Sequence record: DRR723986_585
Length of the DNA stretch: 27,830 nt
Direction: 5' to 3' (one strand)
Both the position numbers and the translations under genes were made by a program. Below are positions 10,083 to 17,792 of the stretch, piece after piece (position 1 is the stretch's first letter; each line of letters begins with the position of its first letter). The notes under the pieces are model-generated. The model saw nothing but the letters and a program-made list of their open reading frames with translations, did not search any database and was not told the origin of the DNA.

Positions 10083-11406
10083 CTTTCCAATTTAATCTAT
10101 CAGTTGGTGAAAATTGCCAAGGAGCTTGGTTATTTTCAATGTTGGTATTCATGGTCATCAATTCCGCCGGAATTTTAGATTCTTCCATTACTAAATATCT
10201 TCTCAGATCTACAATAATCTCTAAAGGATCAATATTTACAGGACATTCTTGAACGCAAGCATTACAAGATGTACAAGCCCATACCTCCTCCTCTGTAATG
10301 TAATCTCCCAACAATGATTTACCATCTGAGAAATCCTTTCCTTCTTTACGAATTCCTGCTCCCAGTTCCTCAACTCTATCTCTCACATCCATCATGATTT
10401 TTCTAGGAGATAATTTTTTACCCGTAATGTTCGCTGGACAGGATGATGTACATCTTCCGCATTCTGTGCAGGTGTATGCATTCATCAAATTAACCCATGA
10501 TAAATCTTGTACATCCTTTGCACCAAATCGTTGAGGAGCCGCATTCGGATCAACTTCAGGCACTGCATAAGGATCTGCGTTCGGATCAAGCATTAACTTC
10601 ACTTCATTCGTAACAGCCTCCATATTCGTAAACTGTCCTTTTGGCTCCAATTTTGAAAAATAGACATTCGGAAAAGCCCAGAAAATGTGCAAATGCTTTG
10701 AAAACGGTAGATAAACCATAAAGCCCATTACCACAGCAAAATGTCCCCACCAACCAATTCGTTCAATTAAATGCAAAGTGGTTACATCCATGTTTCCAAA
10801 CACGTTTGGACCTAGAATGGAACTAATAGCAAAACCGAAAGAACCAGTTCCTTCATAATGACTTGCTCCTTGCAAATAAAGGGCTTCGTCTGCGCTATTC
10901 ATTGTAAAAATACAAATCACCAAAATGAATTCTAAATACAAAATGATATTACCGTCAAGCTTTGGCCATCCTGTCATTTCACTCTTCACAAATCTTGGAA
11001 TCTTCAATAAATTTCTTCGTGCAAGAAAAGCGAAGGTAGCGATAAGTGCCAGCAAGGATAATACTTCAATTAAACTAATCACAAACGTGTAAAAACCACC
11101 TAACGGAGCAGCAAAAATCCTGTGGGAGCCAGTGGCACCATCAATAACAATTTCAATCAATTCTATTTGGGTAAAAACGAAAGCCACATAAATAAATATG
11201 TGCAGTATACCTGCCACGGGACGCGTTACCATTTTAGATTGTCCGAGGGCAACGCGAATCATGATTTTCAATCGTTCTCCTTTACGATCAGTTCGATTGA
11301 CTGACTTGCCTAATCTGATGTTTTGAATTATTTGCTTGACCTTATATCCGAAGAAAGCAGTGCTTCCTAATAAGATCACAATAAAAATGATATTACTAAT
11401 TGTCAT
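10072..11406 (-). CDS. Membrane (heme b/NarI-like) plus 2x[4Fe-4S] protein; N-terminal half of a FadF/EtfD-like oxidoreductase
   Basis: About 5 TM helices with His residues (ILHIF, WGHF, SKHLHIF); CTECGRCTSSCP and CTSCNACVQECP ferredoxin motifs. Confidence 0.9.
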   Translation of the reverse strand: MTISNIIFIVILLGSTAFFGYKVKQIIQNIRLGKSVNRTDRKGERLKIMIRVALGQSKMVTRPVAGILHIFIYVAFVFTQIELIEIVIDGATGSHRIFAAPLGGFYTFVISLIEVLSLLALIATFAFLARRNLLKIPRFVKSEMTGWPKLDGNIILYLEFILVICIFTMNSADEALYLQGASHYEGTGSFGFAISSILGPNVFGNMDVTTLHLIERIGWWGHFAVVMGFMVYLPFSKHLHIFWAFPNVYFSKLEPKGQFTNMEAVTNEVKLMLDPNADPYAVPEVDPNAAPQRFGAKDVQDLSWVNLMNAYTCTECGRCTSSCPANITGKKLSPRKIMMDVRDRVEELGAGIRKEGKDFSDGKSLLGDYITEEEVWACTSCNACVQECPVNIDPLEIIVDLRRYLVMEESKIPAELMTMNTNIENNQAPWQFSPTDRLNWKDEA

Positions 11407-11442
11407 TTAGTGAAATTTCGATTTCGCAATAAAACTTATCTA

Positions 11443-12498
11443 CTAGTTGCCGAACTGCACCGAGTCAATTACGCCATCCAGTATTTTTTCTCTTTCTTTC
11501 GTGGTTTGATATCCTTTAACTTTTCTACCAAAAACAGAAAAGTGAACAAACTTATTAGGGTTCGCACTGAAATCATCCAGTAAGTTTTGAAGTGAGATAT
11601 TAGATTTAACCAACTCGTCATGCAAGCTATCACTGTGGAGTAATTTACCTAGGGTTCCTTGTCCACTATTCACTTCAGACAATACAGCGTTTACCTCAGT
11701 TAAAGTAGTTTTTGCCTCAACAATTACGGACTTGATATCAGAATCGGCCAATGTATCCGACAAAGCAGAAATATTATCAATAACGTTAGAAATCTGCTCT
11801 GATTTGTTTGAAAGATTATCAGTGATTTCGTGAACGTCTTTCAGAATTCTATCCACTTGTTCAGTTTCATTAGCAACTAGGATTGAAAGGTTATTTGCCA
11901 ACTCACCAAATGTTGAAATCGCATCTCTCACCTCATATAAAGACTCATCTATGGTGTATGCCGCAGATGTATCCCAGAATGCATTTACAGAGACAATGAT
12001 AGATTCAACAGACCCTATTAGCTCTTCTGTTTTCTTCTTTAAGGGTAATAACTCTTCACTAATCTGATCTTCGATTGATTGCTGCGTTTGGGCAAGGTCA
12101 AAAGTATCTTGATCCTCATAATAACTGATATCAGCAACATCCATTGGATCATTTTTCATTTGCAATTCTAAGGCTTTTGTACCTAAAATATCCGCACTTA
12201 TTAACCAAACCTCTGAAGTTTTAGGAATTTTAAGCTCGTCTTTTTCAATAGAGAATTTAACTACAACCTTAGAGGCGTCATCATCATGTAATCCTACCTC
12301 AAGAACCTGCCCTACTTTCACTCCGTTTAATTGAACTTCATTTGAAGGTTGTAATCCAGCAGATTGATCAAAAACAGCATAAAACTCTCTGTTTTTACCA
12401 AACAAACCACCACCTTTCAGGAAGTTAACTCCCACGAATAGAAGCAACAAGCCTAAAACAACCAATAAACCAACTTTAAATTCTTTAGAAACTCTCAT
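11443..12498 (-). CDS. MCE/MlaD family protein
   Basis: N-terminal TM; MCE motif AGLQPSNEVQLNGVKVGQV; long helical region; GTLGKLL and NPNKFVHFSVF tail. Confidence 0.9.
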   Translation of the reverse strand: MRVSKEFKVGLLVVLGLLLLFVGVNFLKGGGLFGKNREFYAVFDQSAGLQPSNEVQLNGVKVGQVLEVGLHDDDASKVVVKFSIEKDELKIPKTSEVWLISADILGTKALELQMKNDPMDVADISYYEDQDTFDLAQTQQSIEDQISEELLPLKKKTEELIGSVESIIVSVNAFWDTSAAYTIDESLYEVRDAISTFGELANNLSILVANETEQVDRILKDVHEITDNLSNKSEQISNVIDNISALSDTLADSDIKSVIVEAKTTLTEVNAVLSEVNSGQGTLGKLLHSDSLHDELVKSNISLQNLLDDFSANPNKFVHFSVFGRKVKGYQTTKEREKILDGVIDSVQFGN

Positions 12499-12533
12499 TA
12501 TCAGGCTCTAATTTTATTGTGTTTTCTGAATTG

Positions 12534-12541
12534 CTAAAATA
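12534..12541 (-). promoter_or_regulatory. Candidate Bacteroidota -7 promoter element for the MCE gene
   Basis: TATTTTAG on the minus strand, one mismatch to TAnnTTTG, about 35 nt upstream of the ATG. Confidence 0.4.
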
Positions 12542-12562
12542 GTGGAAAAATTTCGAAGGCCT

Positions 12563-13681
12563 TTACTTTTCAGTCAATTTAATTGCGTCATTTAGATTAA
12601 TCCGTTCTCCGTTTTTAAAGGCAACTACAAAGGCATGTTCAAAGCCTTTTGACCTCAATTCTGTTTTTAACTTGTTAGCTGGCGGCAAATTTCTGAACAT
12701 GCCAACCGTATATTTATAAAGACCAGACGCCTCGTACATCCATATCGGCATATTTTGAAAACGCTCATTTGATAAATCTAATTGGGTAGCCGAAGTTTCA
12801 ATTTGAACCTTGTAGATAATTTCATCATTTTTAAAATCCTTCTCTTCTAAACCGAACAAGCTGGTATCAATTCCATTAATCGTTGAATTCACAGACAAAT
12901 CAGCACCTTCATATTCAGCCTTATATTGCTCAAACGCAGTAAAAATAGAACCTGCCATCTTTTCTTGACTTGCCTTATCTGCTAAAAAGTTCTCTTCGGA
13001 CGGATTGGTCAAAAACCCAGTTTCGATCAACACGCTTGGCATGGTTGTTTTATACAACACCAAGAATCCTGCTTGTCTAACGCCGCGATTAGACCTCCCA
13101 ATTTTCACAAACTCATCCTGAATTTTCGTTGCAAAGTTAATGCTATGATCTAGAAAAACTGACAATTGAAGCTGTCGTGCAATAATCGCATCAGTTGACA
13201 ATTTCTCATACTTTGCTCCACCGTTCTCTTCAAACTCAATCGCCGAGTTTTCACGTTCAGCAATTTTTCTTTGCGCCTCAGTCCTATGCAAACCAAGCAC
13301 ATAAGTTTCTGAACCGTAAGCTTTTTCAGGTCCTGCATTCGCATGAACACAAATAAACAAATCTGCATTGGCACGGTTTGCAATTTGCGCACGTTCGTCC
13401 AATTCAACAAAAACATCAGTTTTACGAGTGTAAATAACGTTTATATCGGGATATTTTTTCTCGATAAATTCACCCAGTTTTAAACTAATAGCAAGCGTTA
13501 CCGTTTTTTCGTTCGATTTTTTTCCATGACATCCCGGATCTTTCCCTCCGTGGCCAGGGTCAATCACAACTGTCTTTATTCCACTGCTTAAAGCGTCCGT
13601 TTGTGAATATCCACTCACAGATAAAAGCACTGCAATGAACAATATTATGTGATTTGTAATGTTATTTCTCTTATTCAACAT
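12563..13681 (-). CDS. N-acetylmuramoyl-L-alanine amidase (Amidase_3) with C-terminal SPOR-like domain
   Basis: IDPGHGGKDPG, EK, ICVHAN, SVLIETGF zinc/catalytic motifs; YKVQI..YKYTVG..AFVVAF tail. ATG at 13681 is preferred over GTG at 13723 because it gives a clean signal peptide; ATG at 13711 is also possible. Confidence 0.92.
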   Translation of the reverse strand: MLNKRNNITNHIILFIAVLLSVSGYSQTDALSSGIKTVVIDPGHGGKDPGCHGKKSNEKTVTLAISLKLGEFIEKKYPDINVIYTRKTDVFVELDERAQIANRANADLFICVHANAGPEKAYGSETYVLGLHRTEAQRKIAERENSAIEFEENGGAKYEKLSTDAIIARQLQLSVFLDHSINFATKIQDEFVKIGRSNRGVRQAGFLVLYKTTMPSVLIETGFLTNPSEENFLADKASQEKMAGSIFTAFEQYKAEYEGADLSVNSTINGIDTSLFGLEEKDFKNDEIIYKVQIETSATQLDLSNERFQNMPIWMYEASGLYKYTVGMFRNLPPANKLKTELRSKGFEHAFVVAFKNGERINLNDAIKLTEK

Positions 13682-13694
13682 CTGATAAATGTTA

Positions 13695-13702
13695 TAGATT
13701 TG
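13695..13702 (+). promoter_or_regulatory. Candidate -7 promoter element for lptD
   Basis: TAGATTTG matches TAnnTTTG, 41 nt before the TTG start. Confidence 0.5.
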
Positions 13703-13725
13703 TTCAATCATTTTAAACAACACTG

Positions 13726-13733
13726 CAAAGTTA
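13726..13733 (-). promoter_or_regulatory. Candidate -7 promoter element for the amidase operon
   Basis: Minus strand reads TAACTTTG followed by CA, an exact consensus match. Confidence 0.65.
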
Positions 13734-13743
13734 AGACCAAAAA

Positions 13744-16347
13744 TTGCGTAAACTTCTAAACATACGGCTAGTTTTCAATTCGATATTGTTGATAAGCGTA
13801 ATGCTTATTAGCTTTCATGGCAATTCTCAAACGGGACTTGATGCTCCTGTTAAATATGAAGCCAGGGATTCTATCGTTGCAAGTGTAACTACAGAAATAG
13901 TTAAACTTTACGGTGATGCGTCTGTAAACTATGACGGGATTCAATTAACAGCAGATTATATTGAGATCAATTTAAGAAACTCAGAGGTACTGGCCACCTA
14001 TACGCTAGACAGCTTAGGTCAACCCGTAGGGAAACCACTATTTACTGCTGACGGAGAAGAATCTAAGTGTGATTACATCAAGTATAACTTTAAGACTAAA
14101 AAGGGATATATTAAAGAAGTAAGGGCGCAACAAGATGAAGGGTACATTCACATGGCTGAATCTAAAATTCATCCCAATGATCAAATCCATTTAAAGAATG
14201 GAAAATACACCACCTGTGATTTGGATACACCTCACTATCATTTCAAAATGACGAAAGCCATCATTGTTCCTGACGAAAGAATTGTCACGGGACCCGTGTT
14301 TATGAAAATCTTTAAAATTCCCACTCCACTGGCTGCACCTTTCGCATTTTTCCCCAATAGCGACACCAAAAAGCAAGGTTTTATTCCGCCAGAGTTTGGT
14401 AATGCGCAAGGTGGCGCGGGATTTGGCTTGAGAGATTTCGGATATTATATTCCACTTGGTGATTTTTGGGAAACCTCTTTTCTCGGCTCAATCTATACCA
14501 CAGGTCAATGGTCGGCAGCCAATACTACAAACTACTTAAAACGCTATAAATACAACGGAACTTTTGGAGCAAGATTTGAACAGTTGAGGGGATATTTCTA
14601 CGATACGAACATCAAAAATAGATTATCACTTAATTGGCGACACTCACAAGACCCCAAGGCACATCCAAGTTTAAGGTTTAATGCTGATATAAACTATCTA
14701 TCAGATAACAATGCAAAAAACACGCTCGACCCTTCTAATCCTGATTACTTTACTTCAAACTTTAATTCGGCCGTTAATTTGATAAAATCTTGGAAAGCGG
14801 GTATTTTTTCAGGATCATCAACACTCAGAGCTTCTCTCCAACAGAGTTCGGCAAACGAACAATACAACATAACTTTGCCTTCATTTAATTTTCGGGTGTC
14901 TCGATTTAATCTAGGAGAGTTTAGAAAGAATAAAATAGGCAAAAAATGGTATGATGAAATTGGTGTACAGTATAATATAGATGCTGTTAACAGTATCGCT
15001 GCTCCAGACAGCATATTTAATCAAGACCATTACCAACAGATCTCTAATTATTCAAAATATGGGGTTTTGCAGTTTGTAAAAGTTCAATCTCAACTTAAAC
15101 TTTTTGGTTCTAGAATCACATTTACTCCAAGCGCCACCTACAATGAGATATGGAACTTTCAATACGAAGAATTCGATACACTTAATTCGGCAATTGTTTC
15201 TGACACGATTAATGGTTTCGGTGCGGCAAGAAATGTATCTTTTCAGGGTAATTTAGCGAGTAATTTCTATGGCTATTACAGATTAAAAGGAAAAAATCAA
15301 ACACGATTTAAACATGTCGCGCAAGCTGCAGTGAATTTTACCTACCGTCCGGATATTGGCGAACATCAGGAATTAACTTATACTGTTGATTCAATAGAGT
15401 ATACGCAGGTTCTCTCTCCATTTAGAAACAGTCAATTCAGAGAAAACGGACCTGGGGATGCCGGAGTATTGGGCTTTAATTTGACCAACACTTTTAAGAT
15501 GAAAACCAGGGATAAGAAAGATACAATTAATGAATCCAGTAAAACCTATAACTTAATTGACCAATTTACGATTAGCTCTGGTTATGATCTATTAAAAGAC
15601 AGTTCTGCGTTGAGCCCTTTCGCGCTATCATTAAGGACTTCAAAATTTCTTAAGATTCTTACTTTTCAAACCAACGGGACATTAAATCCTTACGCATACA
15701 ATGAGTTTGGAGCAAACTTCAAGGAATACAATGCAAATGGGGACGTTACCAAGGAGTATGCTTGGGAAAATGGTCAAGGAATTGGACGATTCTCAAAGGC
15801 AAACTTTATTATTAATGCCAATTTCACCAGTAAAAATGGTAGAAAGAAGCAAAATCAAATCGCTGATCAGGTGGCCAATGATGCAGTCTTGACCGACATT
15901 GTCACTAACCCAGGCCTATCAAACTTCGACATTCCTTGGCAATTTAACATTGCTTACAACTTAAGCTTAACGGCTAATATCAAAGATTCTTTGAGCGAAG
16001 ACAATTATGATGTCATTCAAACCACTCGTCTTTACGGTGACTTTAGCATTAACGACAAATGGATGTTCAAATACGGAATTGATTTTGATTTGCAACAATT
16101 CATTCCAAAACACCAAGATCATGCAGAAGCAGCAACCAGACCTTATCTGAATACAGTTACACGTTGGAACTTAGACATTACTCGCGACCTACATTGCTGG
16201 GAAGCTGCATTGTCCATTGGTCAAAACGGAACTTGGAGAGTCCCGTGGACTCAAAATAACTTTGTTTTCCTTTTTAGAATCAACATCAAGGCTTCAATGC
16301 TTCAGGATATCAAGCTTGAATATAAGGAGTTACCCTTCTTTAACTAG
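13744..16347 (+). CDS. lptD: LPS assembly protein LptD (Bacteroidota type)
   Basis: Signal peptide; beta-jellyroll N-domain (LYGDASVNY..ADYI, GKYTTCD..PHY); beta-barrel-like remainder with RDLHCWE; TTG start. Confidence 0.88.
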   Translation: MRKLLNIRLVFNSILLISVMLISFHGNSQTGLDAPVKYEARDSIVASVTTEIVKLYGDASVNYDGIQLTADYIEINLRNSEVLATYTLDSLGQPVGKPLFTADGEESKCDYIKYNFKTKKGYIKEVRAQQDEGYIHMAESKIHPNDQIHLKNGKYTTCDLDTPHYHFKMTKAIIVPDERIVTGPVFMKIFKIPTPLAAPFAFFPNSDTKKQGFIPPEFGNAQGGAGFGLRDFGYYIPLGDFWETSFLGSIYTTGQWSAANTTNYLKRYKYNGTFGARFEQLRGYFYDTNIKNRLSLNWRHSQDPKAHPSLRFNADINYLSDNNAKNTLDPSNPDYFTSNFNSAVNLIKSWKAGIFSGSSTLRASLQQSSANEQYNITLPSFNFRVSRFNLGEFRKNKIGKKWYDEIGVQYNIDAVNSIAAPDSIFNQDHYQQISNYSKYGVLQFVKVQSQLKLFGSRITFTPSATYNEIWNFQYEEFDTLNSAIVSDTINGFGAARNVSFQGNLASNFYGYYRLKGKNQTRFKHVAQAAVNFTYRPDIGEHQELTYTVDSIEYTQVLSPFRNSQFRENGPGDAGVLGFNLTNTFKMKTRDKKDTINESSKTYNLIDQFTISSGYDLLKDSSALSPFALSLRTSKFLKILTFQTNGTLNPYAYNEFGANFKEYNANGDVTKEYAWENGQGIGRFSKANFIINANFTSKNGRKKQNQIADQVANDAVLTDIVTNPGLSNFDIPWQFNIAYNLSLTANIKDSLSEDNYDVIQTTRLYGDFSINDKWMFKYGIDFDLQQFIPKHQDHAEAATRPYLNTVTRWNLDITRDLHCWEAALSIGQNGTWRVPWTQNNFVFLFRINIKASMLQDIKLEYKELPFFN

Positions 16348-17223
16348 GTCCAATTTTTTGATGACGCTTTTTAGGTAAAAACCTGAAAATAAAGAGAATA
16401 CCACAAAAGCAACAAAGAAATACAATCCGATCAAAGTAGTTGAGCCGGTTTCAATACCAAAATTGGAATTTGAAAAAGAAAAGAAAGCTAAAAAGATGGC
16501 TGCCACAAATACATCAGCCATACTCCACTTCCCTATTTTATTCACTGTATTTACTGATCCTCTTGAATATTTCGAAGAGGGCTTTAATAAAATTATTAAG
16601 GATGAAAGAAGCTTTACTAAAGGAAAAACAATACTAAAAAAGAGGATTAAAATGGCTACAAAAAAGTTCCCACCGGTATAGAGCAACTCTATTAACTCAA
16701 CCACAGAATGATTTTGATAAAAAAAGTACACCCTTCCTCCAACTGAATCTGACAAGCCAATATCTTCCATGATTTCAGCCTTAACCGTAACATCATCCAT
16801 ATAGGCCTCCAATTCAAGAAAAGGCGATTGAAGTCCCAAGTAAAGAAAACTTAAAGCCGCTACTATAAAAGCCAAACCAACCATTTGATGGGCATGAGGT
16901 TCACTTCTGTAGACGAAATAACAAGCAAGTAGAAAGACAACAATGATTACTCCCAGAATTATTCCATCCATAACAGCCGAAGAATAGTAAATATTAGCTT
17001 TTGCTTCCAAGTCATTTTTCTTCTCCATCTTATCTTCTGCAGGACTTAAGAAAGGAACCCATTCCCAAACATTACCGAGACGTTCTTCAGCATCTAACAA
17101 TTCAACCACCTCCTCTTTCTTCAACTCATAATTATTGAGCTTGCTCGTAATGCGATACGTATAGAATACTGTACTACAAAACACCAGTATTACTGCGATT
17201 AGGAGAAATCGGAATTTTTTCAT
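16330..17223 (-). CDS. PqiA (paraquat-inducible protein A) domain membrane protein
   Basis: AILILFFSIVFPLVKL, IGKWSMADVFVAAI and GLYFF motifs; multiple TM helices. Confidence 0.85.
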   Translation of the reverse strand: MKKFRFLLIAVILVFCSTVFYTYRITSKLNNYELKKEEVVELLDAEERLGNVWEWVPFLSPAEDKMEKKNDLEAKANIYYSSAVMDGIILGVIIVVFLLACYFVYRSEPHAHQMVGLAFIVAALSFLYLGLQSPFLELEAYMDDVTVKAEIMEDIGLSDSVGGRVYFFYQNHSVVELIELLYTGGNFFVAILILFFSIVFPLVKLLSSLIILLKPSSKYSRGSVNTVNKIGKWSMADVFVAAIFLAFFSFSNSNFGIETGSTTLIGLYFFVAFVVFSLFSGFYLKSVIKKLDLVKEG

Positions 17224-17792
17224 TCTTGAAAATCTAATGAAATATTATTCGCTTTAGCATAAGCTTCTTGACTTATGAACACTTTATTAAATGCAGCTTC
17301 TTCAAGCTCAACAAAATTGAGGTCGTAATCCCTTAAAAACGCATCATCTTCATCAGTAAACTCACTCTTTTTCAATATTGTGATGACATTTAAAAAGTCT
17401 GTGCTCAACTCTTTTTTATAGAATTCCATCAAATCAATCATTGCCGAAACAAAGTTCATTTTATCTGTATCGCCATTTATTTGTTTCAAACTAGAAATAT
17501 TAATTTCTAACTCAAACAAACAGTTTTCGTGATTCAGTTCAACGTTTGAGCTATCAGATTGAAACAAGGCGTCAATCATGTCCAGAGTCCCTTCCTGTAT
17601 GAAGGTCATTTCATTATTAAAATCCACGGCATCAGTACGTTCTTCATTTATTTCAAATTCAACTAAAGAGTCAGTTGATTCTAAACTTGAGGTACCATCA
17701 TTGTTTTCTGAACCTGCACAAGAATGTAAGATAAATATTGAAACAAAGCCAGTAAAAAACAACAGACTGTTTAATATTCTTTTATAAGTCAT
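17220..17792 (-). CDS. Hypothetical acidic, helical lipoprotein
   Basis: Lipobox-like LHS-C after a hydrophobic stretch; ATGA overlaps with both neighbours. Confidence 0.7.
   Translation of the reverse strand: MTYKRILNSLLFFTGFVSIFILHSCAGSENNDGTSSLESTDSLVEFEINEERTDAVDFNNEMTFIQEGTLDMIDALFQSDSSNVELNHENCLFELEINISSLKQINGDTDKMNFVSAMIDLMEFYKKELSTDFLNVITILKKSEFTDEDDAFLRDYDLNFVELEEAAFNKVFISQEAYAKANNISLDFQE

Noticed and set aside
8870..11406. Idea that the split Fe-S oxidoreductase is a pseudogene or insertion-disrupted gene
   Set aside because: Both halves have intact motifs and proper starts and stops; the middle gene is a phosphatase with no transposase or terminal repeats.
11410..11427. Small hairpin GAAAT-TTCG-ATTTC between the MCE and Fe-S genes
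   Set aside because: Only 5 bp on the coding strand and no U tract; too weak for a terminator.
13682..13723. Extended amidase N-terminus from GTG at 13723
   Set aside because: It lies only 2 nt from the predicted -7 box and lengthens the signal peptide implausibly.
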